From contig JBHGNT010000002.1 in the NCBI GenBank assembly GCA_043228905.1, positions 7,812,001 through 7,876,000 of the forward strand: DNA of 64,000 nt, written 5' to 3'. Position numbers and translations under genes: made by a program. Shown here piece after piece: positions 49,471-60,840 of this stretch. This stretch comes from Azolla caroliniana (Eukaryota; Plantae; Polypodiophyta). The notes beneath the pieces were generated by a model. That model had not been told where the DNA came from, did no database searches, and saw only the letters and a program-made list of their open reading frames with translations. How positions within the stretch are numbered: the stretch's first letter is position 1; every line of letters begins with the position of its first letter.

Positions 49471-50224
49471 TAACTCCGTGACTTCCATACCTAACAATAA
49501 AATGTGAGACATTACAGGTAATTTGAGAGCTATATAAATAAAGTGCCTTGGAGCCCAAGTATGTTGACGATTCTTTTTTTATCCAGTCACCTATTATAAT
49601 CTTATTTATATACCCTTAAAGTGTCCTACACACATGCCACACACGGTTATATGCAACACGTGTTTGGATATGACTCAAATTCTCGGAAATGTTCTTAATC
49701 TAATCCATTCTGGATTAAAGAAACAGATCCTGAATCCAACCAACTTGAACTTAAAAAATCTAAACCATAATCCAATCCATTCCAACTAGATATTCAAACA
49801 AAATCTTTGTCCAATCGAGCTTAGAGAAACAAAGTTCTAATCTAATTCAGTTTGGAATCAAACAAATAAATTATTAATCCAATCCAATACTTCTTTTTCA
49901 AACAACAATCTATTGGGAATAAAGAGGCATCAAAAATATATTTGACAAGCACACACAACGCAATGAAATCGTATTCTTTCTCCCTTAAGTTCCGTTGCTT
50001 AGATATGGGAATGAAAATACAAAAAAACCCTATTCCAACAAACTTGTTTTCCAGTGAAAACATGTTTGCTATATATGTGAGTAAAAAACATTTTTTTTAC
50101 TCTACCCCTTTGTAGTGGCATGTGAATAATAAGTAAAAAGTGGTGCAACAATTACACAAATAGCCCCTACCATTTTACTTATCGCCTTTTAGTTGTGAGT
50201 TACACCTGAGTGGAAAGACCCCCA

Positions 50225-50760
50225 CAATTCTCCCCTTCCATGTCATGTAAAGGGCACAACCAAGCTTGCTTTTTGTTTGCAAGTTTCAAGCTTCTGTCTT
50301 GGCAAACACTTTGTGATAATGCCAGAGCCATTCTCATACGTATGAACCTTCTCATTGTGCATTTTCTTTTCTTCAATCAAATCTTAAAGCCAATGGTATC
50401 TCACATAAATGTGTTTTGGCTTAGAAAAGGAAGAGCCCTTGCATAAATCTATAACACTTTTGACTATCACAATGCACATTATACCTTTCTTGCACCAAGC
50501 CCAACTGATGTAAGAATCTCTTCAACCATAACATCTCTTTACAAGCTTATGTGGCAACAATATATTCAGCCTCCGTTGTGGATAATGCCACACATTTTGA
50601 AGTCTTGATTGCTAAGGGACAATTCCCCCTACAAAAGAATCAATATCACAAAATATCCATTGTAGCCTTTACTTTGGCTTTGACATGCCTCTTTAATCTC
50701 TTGTAAGCTTTCCTTATGTAGGCTTCCAAATTTAGTACCTTCATACTTTTTCCCATTGAG
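50225..50760 (-). pseudogene. pol: Old Ty1/copia (Tnt1/Tork-like) RNase H remnant with PPT
   Basis: Minus-strand translation gives ALSTTEAEYIVAT*ACKEMLWLKRF and KHIYVRYHWL; GGAAGGGGAGAA PPT at about 50228-50239. Confidence 0.75.
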
Positions 50761-51259
50761 CTCTCATCTCAACCTCCTTTGACCATCATTAATGGGTTCT
50801 TTTGTCTTCGATGAGATTCTTGTCTCCCTTCTATCGTGTTGTTGGCATAGTATTCCCACTTTGACCGAATCATCAGTGAGTCCTTTTGCACCTTCATTGT
50901 CCTCTAGTTGCACTTTGATTGTTGCAGGCATGACCATATAATATCCTGTGGTAAGATTGTACCATAGTATTCTATACACGTGGATAAAGTGTGAGGGTTA
51001 AACGAGAGTGTAAAGAAGGGAAGGATTACTTTTAATCCTTGAGATTGAGATAACCCACTAAGGCCAAGTGTGAACTTGCCTGGGGGCCTTAGGTCTAGCT
51101 ATACATACGAGGCCCTAACTACCCTCATTTGATCATCTCTTGACTACATCAAGACTCTGTCCTTTGTGGTGGATCAACTCTTGTAGTGAGCACGTGAGTA
51201 CTAGGTACGACTCGACGCCATGGCGGTGGTATGAGACGCTGATCGAGGCTCAAGTACGT

Positions 51260-51540
51260 TGTTAATGGGTGGGGGTTGGAGCCAAGAACGACTCCACCCC
51301 CCTCCCAAGGGGGGTTACGTGTGAGGGAGAGAGAGAGAGAGAGAGAGGGAAAGAGAAACAATGAAACACAAAATGAGAGGGAAAAATCTATATCCATTAC
51401 ATGTCCCATAAGGGGTTTATATAGTACATAATGTAACGGTTAATAATATGACCGTTACATTCTTGTCACATGCACATAATTGTGCATGTGTTCATACACA
51501 TACTCATCCTCACACACTTCATATACATTACACATACACA
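51260..51540 (-). repeat. Truncated LTR of the N1 family
   Basis: Starts TGTTAATGGGT. Shares ATGTAACGGT.AATAATATG and GTTACATTCTTGTCACATGCACATAATTGTGCATGTG with 18695-19019 and 21085-21421. Confidence 0.8.
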
Positions 51541-52372
51541 ATAACCACTTATGCTTGCCTTTGCTCGTTTTCGTATGCTTGGAGTTGGAGGGAGGTGTCG
51601 AGTTGGCCGTCTCCGAACTCCTCTAGTAATTGCGTGATCTCTTCAGAGTGACCATCAGCCAAGGCTTGATAATCCTGCGTAAGGTCCTCGTGGACCATAG
51701 TAATGCTTTCTTCGTTATGTTTGTAGAAACCCTTACCCTCTTTCTACCGATTCTCCTAGTTGGCCCGATATGTGTGGAGCTCTACGGCCTACTTTGCCCA
51801 TCCGGCCCATCCTTTGTCTAGCGTCAATTTAAGTTGATGCATAAATCTTTTGTGGTTCGTTTCTAGGAGGATCTTTATGCGCTCTGTTAAAATGACTTGA
51901 AGAAATCTGAGCGGGTTTATGACATGAAGCGTGGTAGGTATGGAAGTGCTGCTTGAACCAATTATACTGTCATCAATTCATACCTTCCCCTCCTCCCCCT
52001 CCTCCCCCTGTCTTTCTGGAGGTCTAGGAAGGGGCATACAATGAAAAATTAGGGGCATTCAGGGGAAACAAAAGAAAATTGTGAGGTTATTCTCTTGGGT
52101 GTTGGGTTTCATTAGAGAATATTTTCTCTAATTATTGTAGACTCTCTATTATATTTTCTTATAGTGGAATCTCTCTCTTGTCCGTGGACGTAGGCTAATT
52201 TGGCTGAACCACGTAAATACTTGTGTCATTTATTTCTCCGCTCTTATATTATCATATTATTGTGAATCTATTTAAACTGATGTACTATTTGATCCGAGGG
52301 TCAGCCTAACAAACTGGTATAAGAGAGCTGGTTGTTAGTACATTACTTTTGGTATTATCTTGTTAAGTCAAG

Positions 52373-53335
52373 ATGTCGACAACAAAATTTGATGTTGTGA
52401 AGTTTGATCGAAAAATCAACTTCTCTCTTTGGCAAGTAAGGATGCACGCGATCCTTGTGCAGAACGGAGTTCAAAAGGCTTTAGATATAAGGCCCGACGG
52501 TATGACAGACACCAAGTGGGAGGAGATAGACGAGAAGGCCCGCTCAGCAATTCAATTGTCTTTGGCAAATGAAGTTTTGCGGGAGGTAATCTCTGAGAAG
52601 ACAGCAAAGGCACTATGGGAAAAATTGGAGTCTCTCTATCTGGAAAAAACTCTGACGAACAAGCTTTATAAGAAACAATGCTTGTATTCACTACAAATGA
52701 GCGAACGTACATCTCTCAGTTCTCATATTGATGAGTTCGAATCTATTATCATGGATTTGCAAAATCTCGATGTTATCATTGATGATGAAGATAAGGCATT
52801 GTTGTTGTTGTGTTTGTTACCCCATTCATATAGACATTTTAGAGAAACTATGTTGTACGGGAAGGATACTATTTCTCTAAAAGATGTCAAATTTACTTTG
52901 GAAACTAAAGAAAAGATTGATCATGATATCACTGGACAAACAAGTAATAGTCAAGCACATGGGATTGTCAGAACATTGACTGATGTGAGGCATGTTCCTG
53001 ATCTGAAGAAGAATCTCATCTCATTGGGCACCCTCGATGCCAACGGGTGCAAGTTCTCAACTGAAGGTGGAGTATTAAAAGTTAGCAAAGGTGCGTTGGT
53101 TGTGATGAAGGCTAGAAAAGTAGGAAGCATGTATGTATTACATGGCTCGACAGTGACGGGTTCTGCATCAGTTTTTTCATCGTCTATGTCAAACTCTGAT
53201 GTTACGAAGTTATGGCATATGAGGCTCGAGCATATGAGCGAGAAAGGTTTAACCTTGTTGAGCAAACGAGGACTACTTTGTGGCCAAAGTACGGGAAAGA
53301 TGGATTTTTGTGAGCACTGTGTATTCGGAAAGTAG
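52373..53335 (+). pseudogene. gag: Copia gag fused in frame to the pre-integrase region (zinc knuckle and protease deleted)
   Basis: MSTTKFDVVKFDRKINFSLWQ gag start; jumps from SQAH to GIVRTLTDVRHVPDL; ends with LWHMRLEHMS...CEHC. Confidence 0.85.
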
Positions 53336-53561
53336 AAGAGACTCAGCTTTGGCACTGGAATCCATAAGACTAGAGGTTCTTTGGATTATATTCACTCTTA
53401 TTTGTGGGGACCAGCACCAGTTCCATCAAAAGGAGGAGCTCAATATCTTTTGACTTTTATTCATGATTTTTCAAGAAAAGTCTGGATTTATTTTCTTAAA
53501 CACAAAAGTGATGTGTTTGATACTTTCAAGAAGTGGAAAATTCTAATCGAGAAGTAGACGG

Positions 53562-55012
53562 TTTTGCGGAGAAAACCGTCCCTAGGCGGAATCAGAGAAT
53601 ATCGGGAGAATCGGCGGCATGCACCATGTGCACTTACCCTTGTAAAAACGTGTGAATAATAGGAGTTAAGTCGGGACAGAGGATCCCATGTAATAAGGGA
53701 CTTATCCCACATTGTAACGCAGCTCCCTCCTTGTTCTATAAAAGGAAAGGAGCGCCTCTTGTGAAGGGGTTGCCTATTTTGCATATGGGAGGTATACCAC
53801 TTAGTCTACAGTTCTTATCATTTTAGGGTTATGTTTTCGTTTAGGGTTTCCTTATTCATCTTCAGTTAGGGTTTTCTCATAGTCATTTTGGTGCGGCCCA
53901 TGTGGCCACCATTGTTGTAATCATTCGTTTGTTTTAATATATCTTGTTGAGTATCTTACCTCCGTCGATCTCTCCTTCTATATCATTATCTTATTCTTTC
54001 CTCTTCTCCTTTTGAGCTAAGCTTCCATATCATATCTTATTCTCTCTCCTCTACTCCCTCGTCCAAGACCCCCGTGGTCCCGCCCCTTCCACACGCATGC
54101 GCCTTGTCGTAGTGTAATTCGTACACTATGTGAAAAATTACATTTTTGGTCTCTCCGGATAGGACATGGAGTACCCGGTGAGAACCGGAAGAAGGAACCG
54201 GTAAGGACCGAAACCGGCAAGGAGACCCGGCAAAAGCCGGATGAAGAAGGCCGGTGAGAGTCGGTGAGAAACGGACGAAGAGATCGGTAAGGAGGTCCCG
54301 GTAAGAACCGGACAAAGAAAACTATCAAGCACCGGATGAAGTAGAACCGGAAAGAGTCGGATGAAGAAGGCTGGTGAGAGTCTCTCACCGGATGAAGAGA
54401 CGTATTTGTAAATAGAAGAAAGTATAAATATATATATATTACATGCATAGGGCAAGATTCGAACCTTGCACCTCCATGTTAATAATGTTAAGCCTTATCA
54501 TTGTAGTAGGGTATTATGAATTTTAAAGTTATACTAAACTTTATTCCATGTAAAATTTCTATACATGCATGGTACAAAAGTTATTCATGCATAGACACTC
54601 GAGTTAGAAAGAAAAGATGAGATAGAAAGCTAATCATGCACATGCAGTGTGCATGAAAACTAAAGATAGAAAAAGCATGATGCTTGCATGTGATAAACTT
54701 AGACTTTTCCAACACTATATAAGGAAGAGAGAAAGATGTATAGAGGTTGTTGATTATTTTACAAGGGTTGATTAATATAAGATAATCATGGGATTCACGA
54801 ATTTGCTAACTATTCTCTCTTAATTTGATTACTCACTAATACACTATACTTGTGGGATTCACGAGGTTTTCATATCTTTCTTTCTTACAATATATTTCAT
54901 ATTCTTAATTGCCTTAGAATTTTCTTTCCTCCTAGTCCAAAACCCCAGCGGTTCCCACCCAACTCACGCAACGATCCGGAGCCGAAAGGCACAACAGCGT
55001 AACAACGCGACA
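53562..55012 (+). mobile_element. Solo LTR (family A) in copia integrase, itself split by a family B solo LTR
   Basis: Homologous to 209-969, including the end GCGTAACAACG.GACA. Degenerate 4-bp TSD ACGG/ATAG; removal restores the integrase frame. Confidence 0.82.
54105..54996 (+). mobile_element. Solo LTR (family B)
   Basis: TG..CA termini; 4-bp TSD GCCT/GCGT (1 mismatch); reverse complement of the G1 LTR 2622-3307 with extra internal repeats. Confidence 0.88.
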
Positions 55013-56896
55013 ATAGGAAAGCAAAGTAGAAGATTTCGAACTGATAATGGTTTGGAATTTTGCGGAGGAGATTTTAACAGGTTTTGCGAGGCCGAAGGAA
55101 TTTCCAGACATCGCACAGTAGTTAAAACACCGCAGTAGAATGGCGTAGCTGAGTGCATGAACAGAACTCTTTTGGAGAGGGCTCATTGTATGCTTTCCAA
55201 TGTTAGGTTGTCCAAAGACTTTTGGGCTGAAGCAGTTTCCACGACATGTTTCATGGTGAATCGTTCACTGTCAACGGCAATTGAGTTCAAAACTCCTGAA
55301 GAGGTATGGTTCGGTAAACCTGTTGATTATTCAAATTTGAGAATATTTGGATGTCCTACTTATATGCATGTTAGTGAAGGAAAATTGGAGCCTCGAGCTA
55401 GAAAATGTATTTTTCTTGGTTATGCTTCTGGGGTGAAAGGATATAGGTTGTAGTGTCCTAATCCTAAATCACCTGCTCAACACTCACCCTCAAGCTCAAC
55501 CTGAGGTAGGGTCGTAGTGTCAACCTCTGTGGTAGCCGGTTCTTCCAACCGACTTCTCCTGGCGTCGCTTCGCCTTGCTCGCGCTCCTTGTCTGGTCCAG
55601 TTCCGTTTGCCGCGACACCTTTGGTTCTGCGCGCCTCGACCTTCGGCATGTTTGCTCAATAGGCCCATCTCAGCTCCTTCGCTGCTATGACTCCGGAGCT
55701 TGCCGATCCGTCGGTTCCACCGCGATGGCATCGACTTCCGTTGTGTCCGTGTCTCCTTGGCCTCTCGTTGATCCGGCTCATCCGGATCTGTCTGTTGATC
55801 CGAATCAGCTGTCTCCGACTCGTTCCAGCTCTTGTCTGAATCGGTATCCTCCGATTCGATTTTCAGTTTCAGGCCTCTCACCACATCGGACCACGTCCGG
55901 ATCTTGGCCTTCTTCGTGCTTCCCTTGGCTTCTTCAGCCGGTTTACCGAGGTCGAATTCTTCATTCAACTCCGCATCATGGCCATTACGATCGTGATGAC
56001 CTCCGTATAGCATGCACTTCTCTTCCTGAGTGTACACTTCTTCTTCACAACCGCTTACTCCGACCTGTTCGGATGTGCCGACTTCCTTCGTCGACTCGGC
56101 TTCATTTTTCTTCTTGTCTCCACCTCTACCGGTTCTTCTCTTACCTACGGGTTCAACAGTTTTTTTGCCTTTGCCCGCGGTAGAGTCTTTGCCCTTGCGT
56201 CTCCCCCTCAAGTGCGGCACGTTGAGATGCTGAACACCAAGCATTTCGGTAAAGTGTTGCAACTTGTCCGACCTGAGCGGCTTGGTGAAGATGTCGGCAA
56301 CTTGCCGATCCGTGTGAACATACCGTAGTTCAACTTCACCGCTTAGGACCCGCTCACGCACGAAGTGATAATGCACTTCTATGTGCTTTGTGCGAGCATG
56401 GAACACAGGGTTCTTGGCGAGCTGCATGCTACTGAGGTTATCGCAGTAGATCGGGATTGGGGTCGGTACCTCGATCCGCAAGTCTTGCAGCAGTCGCCGA
56501 AGCCAAATGGCTTCGCAGGTGGCAACGGTCGCGCCCCGATATTCCGCCTCAATGTTGGATAGAGCCACTGTTGGCTGCTTTTTGCTGCTCCACGCAACAA
56601 CCGCGCTCCCAAGAAGAAACATAAAGCCGGAAGTTGAGCGATGATCGGTTGCATCACCAGCCGAGTCGACATCCGTGTAGCTGACAAGCTCTTTGGTTAT
56701 ACCTTGCCGATATAAGAGCCCCTGGTCCTTAGTGCCGCTTACATACCTCAGTATTCGTTGCATGCATTGAAGGTGCTCCATGATCGGCTTCACATGAATT
56801 GGCTTACCACTCCGACCGGAGAGCTAATGTCGGGTCGGGTGATGGTAAAGTAGATCAGGCTTCCAACTATTTTTCGGAACCGTTTCTCATCGCAGG

Positions 56897-59800
56897 TGAT
56901 AGTGTGTATAAGATAATAGATAGTTATACACTATATGAGGGCTTGACCAAACCGATTAGATGGAGTTGAAAATCATAATATATTATATAGCTCTAGATAA
57001 TTATGATTAGAGAGTATAACTCAAGAAACTAAGAAAAAAGATAGAGAAAGCGAGCAAGAAATAAGAATGTTCTGATATTCCAACATCAAGAGAATACAAA
57101 GGAGACAAACTCCACATTAAACTAAAACCAAAGACCTTCCTCTTCTAAGACACTTCCTCTTCCACAAAGACACTTCTTCCTAACACTCCTCATCCACTCT
57201 TTGGCCTTCACTCTTCGCCCCCCTCCTCACTAATATCACTTCTTCTTTTATAACCTTCCTCTTCTTATCCGCGTTCATGCTATTTTTAGAAGCTTTTTAT
57301 CTCCCTATTTTTAGCTATGACACATCGACCTTCTAATCGTCATATCTCCCTCATCCGATATCCAAATTAAGCGATTTAAAAAGCTATAGAAAGCTCTTTT
57401 TACAAGCTTTCTAATCCATATTTAAACGTGATATTTGGATAAACAACGAGGGAGTTATGACCATTCTATTTTTACTGTTTTTTATAGTCTGCGTTTTCTC
57501 TTTTTACTTTTTTCTTGGTCTCGTACTTTTACTTTTGACTTCTTCCCTAAGCTCTTAGTTCGTGTTCTTATCCTCCAAATGTGAATTATCCATACTTTAT
57601 ATCCATCTAGTGTTCAATGGTTTGAATTCAAAAAACACTTTCACATTTAGCTCCCCCCCCCCCCTTGCTTGTTGAGCGAACCATTTATGGTGAGCCGAAG
57701 ATAAAAAGAATAAAAAAAACTCCTTCGCCTTATGGTAGGCTATAGACAAAGAAGGAGAGAAGAAAAAGAAACAAACTATGTGAGTAAAACCCCCGCTAGT
57801 CGGTAGGAAAAACCTCACACTCCTAGACACACCCACACACACATTGACAATTCCATCATCATCTTTCTCCTTGTCAACACAAAGAAAGAGGTTACCACAA
57901 TCATTATGTCTTCGTTAACTCTCCAAAGACTAGTAGGGCCATGGGATACATCACTCTTGATAGCAGTAAGCATGTCAACATATAAATGAATCTTTCGAGC
58001 GAGCGCACCTTTTGCACAAATACTTTCAAAGCTTCAAGACTTGTCGGAATTGTCATCTTTGTAATTATGTTAATCTTTGAATCATCCACATGAAATCCTT
58101 TTTGGCACAACATATTGTCCACACTACCTTGTTTTGTATAAACAACCATTTTATCGACAATCTCATCTCGAGAAGGAAGTGAAAATTCATCTCGTTTGGT
58201 CGAATCATTCAAGGGTTTGAAATTGATCTCATTCTTCTTTGGAACCAAAACTATAGGTGACACACACCTCAAATCTTCCATCTTATAATTGGAACTTTCT
58301 TGTAACCATGCGTTGAACTCTTGCATAAATTCTTCCTTTTGTTCAACACTCAATTGCCGAAGCTTTGGGGAAATTGATACACTTTCCTTCAAGTTGATGT
58401 GGTATTTGTTGCAAGCTTCTCCTCTTATTCCAAAACACTTGATGAACACATCCTCCACTATGCTTGTGCAATGCACCACTCCACTATCTACTACAACCAC
58501 CCTTGTTGAAGATGACCTACTAATAGGAATTCCTACTTTGTTTACTACAAATTCAGAAATCAAGCTTACCCTAGCACCACTATCACCCAAGGCATCTTTG
58601 ATGTGAACCCCTTTGATGGAGACAGGGATGATTGGACGTATGTCCTTTCGATCTTCTACTCGCATGATCCCCACGTAATGCACGGTCTTTTGACTTTGGC
58701 AAATACTCACAAGCCTCCCCCACTCATTTTGTAATGTGGATGATAATTGGAGAAGTTGCGGCCATGTTATCCTTGGTCCACTCGATATCAATTCATGCTT
58801 CCGATTGAAAGATTCTACACCTTCTCCCATAGGAATATCCTCCATCTTTATCTTCCTTCTAGAGTGTCTCCTTCTCAATTTGTCCTCTTTCTCATTCTCC
58901 TTAGACTTCTTCTTTTGTCTTGAGTCACTAGATTCTCCTTCAACTTCTTTCTCCTTTTGCGAGGCTCTTGTCCTTTTCACAAGAGCTACTTCACAAGCAC
59001 TATCACTATCATCAATAAAATTAAGAAGATTCACATTATGAGGAATTGTAGGAACCTGAGTCATTGGAAGTGTTATGGATTCGCCTCCTTCGACTCCATT
59101 GTTGATAGGTCGTTGTCCATTCCGTTGCACTTCATACATGTCTCTTTCCATACCTCTTTGTTGTCGATGAGGACATCTTGTTGAGTGTCCCTCCTCTTGA
59201 CAAGAATAACAAATTACACCTTGATGCCCTCTAGAGCCACCACCATCGGGAATAGTGTTGCGAATTGCTTGGGATTGTTGCAAGTGGGCCATCACTTCAT
59301 CAAAGCGCCGATTCACCAACGCCATTGTATCTTGTTCACTCTTCACTTGTTCCACTTCTTGAGATATACTTGTTGGGTTTATTGTTGTGGTGGTATACAC
59401 ATTTGGAGACACTTGTCCACCATGCACAATTGAAGATAAGGCTTGAAAGTTGGCACGAGGCATCAAATTTGCACCCAAAGCCGTCATTTGGGGATCCCCC
59501 ATGGAACTCATCATCTTCACTTGTCGATCATAATCTTGACAAACTTGGAGAAGAGCTTGAAAAGTCGTTGGATCCTTCAAGCTTGCCTCCAAACGGAAAT
59601 GCATATCAAGGCCCACCTTAAATTGTTCTATCTTAAACCACTCGTCTTCGGTGCCACCACGAAGACGAATCCACGTCGTCCACAATTCTTGGAAATTTCG
59701 TTCATACTCTAAAAAACCAAAAGGTGATTCCATCTTTAGTTGAAAAAGCTCCTCCCTTACCTCAGTTGCACTTTTCCATTGAATATATCTTGTACGAAAT

Positions 59801-60840
59801 TGATGCACCAATAATTGATATTCTCCTTGTTCATTTTGCGGAAGAGAGTCATACCAATCTCGAGCACGACCATAGAATGTAGCTACCAACAAGGGCAACT
59901 TTTCGTTGTCGGTGATGCGTCCAATAGATATGGCATGATGCTTAAAGCATGCCAAAAAGGCACCAGCATCTTGTGTTCTTTCACCCGAAAATGCAAATTG
60001 CATAGCTAAGTTAATGTAATATAGTAACACAATTAAATGATAACTTCTCTTCCTATACGGAAAGGATCGACCCTCCCTGGAGCGCCAAAAATGATAGGGT
60101 GTATAAGATAATAGATAGTTATACACTATATGAGGGCTTGACCAAACCGATTAGATGGAGTTGAAAATCATAATATATTATATAGCTCTAGATAATTATG
60201 ATTAGAGAGTATAACTCAAGAAACTAAGAAAAAAGATAGAGAAAGCGAGCAAGAAATAAGAATGTTCTGATATTCCAACATCAAGAGAATACAAAGGAGA
60301 CAAACTCCACATTAAACTAAAACCAAAGACCTTCCTCTTCTAAGACACTTCCTCTTCCACAAAGACACTTCTTCCTAACACTCCTCATCCACTCTTTGGC
60401 CTTCACTCTTCGCCCCCCTCCTCACTAATATCACTTCTTCTTTTATAACCTTCCTCTTCTTATCCGCGTTCATGCTATTTTTAGAAGCTTTTTATCTCCC
60501 TATTTTTAGCTATGACACATCGACCTTCTAATCGTCATATCTCCCTCATCCGATATCCAAATTAAGCGATTTAAAAAGCTATAGAAAGCTCTTTTTACAA
60601 GCTTTCTAATCCATATTTAAACGTGATATTTGGATAAACAACGAGGGAGTTATGACCATTCTATTTTTACTGTTTTTTATAGTCTGCGTTTTCTCTTTTT
60701 ACTTTTTTCTTGGTCTCGTACTTTTACTTTTGACTTCTTCCCTAAGCTCTTAGTTCGTGTTCTTATCCTCCAAATGTGAATTATCCATACTTTATATCCA
60801 TCTAGTGTTCAATGGTTTGAATTCAAAAAACACTTTCACA
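56897..60840 (-). mobile_element. Young non-autonomous gypsy-derived element G5 (gag-protease type)
   Basis: 749-bp LTRs 56897-57645 and 60092-60840 (1 mismatch seen). TSD GCAGG, PBS TGGCGCTCCAGGGAGGG at 60071-60087, G-run PPT 57651-57665. Confidence 0.96.
57904..60003 (-). CDS. gag: G5 polyprotein: Gag + CCHC knuckle + aspartic protease + vestigial RT pieces (699 aa from MQFAF)
   Basis: Uninterrupted ORF containing YGRARDWY, ICYSCQEEGHSTRC, ALGDSGARVSLI and SPIVLVPKKN. No YxDD, RNase H or integrase. Confidence 0.85.
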   Translation of the reverse strand: MQFAFSGERTQDAGAFLACFKHHAISIGRITDNEKLPLLVATFYGRARDWYDSLPQNEQGEYQLLVHQFRTRYIQWKSATEVREELFQLKMESPFGFLEYERNFQELWTTWIRLRGGTEDEWFKIEQFKVGLDMHFRLEASLKDPTTFQALLQVCQDYDRQVKMMSSMGDPQMTALGANLMPRANFQALSSIVHGGQVSPNVYTTTTINPTSISQEVEQVKSEQDTMALVNRRFDEVMAHLQQSQAIRNTIPDGGGSRGHQGVICYSCQEEGHSTRCPHRQQRGMERDMYEVQRNGQRPINNGVEGGESITLPMTQVPTIPHNVNLLNFIDDSDSACEVALVKRTRASQKEKEVEGESSDSRQKKKSKENEKEDKLRRRHSRRKIKMEDIPMGEGVESFNRKHELISSGPRITWPQLLQLSSTLQNEWGRLVSICQSQKTVHYVGIMRVEDRKDIRPIIPVSIKGVHIKDALGDSGARVSLISEFVVNKVGIPISRSSSTRVVVVDSGVVHCTSIVEDVFIKCFGIRGEACNKYHINLKESVSISPKLRQLSVEQKEEFMQEFNAWLQESSNYKMEDLRCVSPIVLVPKKNEINFKPLNDSTKRDEFSLPSRDEIVDKMVVYTKQGSVDNMLCQKGFHVDDSKINIITKMTIPTSLEALKVFVQKVRSLERFIYMLTCLLLSRVMYPMALLVFGELTKT

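Larger units (their letters stand above)
51885..55473 (+). mobile_element. Ty1/copia Tnt1/Tork-like element, 5' half (LTR about 51885-52311, gag, integrase); 3' half deleted
   Basis: LTR TGTTA...TAACA with CCGTGGACGTAGGC...GAACCACGTAAAT motif; degenerate iMet PBS at 52315. Integrase is split by insertion 53562-55012 (EK*TG|KQSRRFRTDNGLEF). Confidence 0.85.

Noticed and set aside
49655-49900. Possible MITE (TGTTTGGATA...TATTCAAACA, AATCCAATCC motifs)
   Set aside because: The inverted repeat is short and imperfect, and there is no convincing TSD.
60004-60126. N-terminal extension of the 740-aa ORF
   Set aside because: It starts inside the LTR and crosses the PBS. Gag homology begins at MQFAF (60003).
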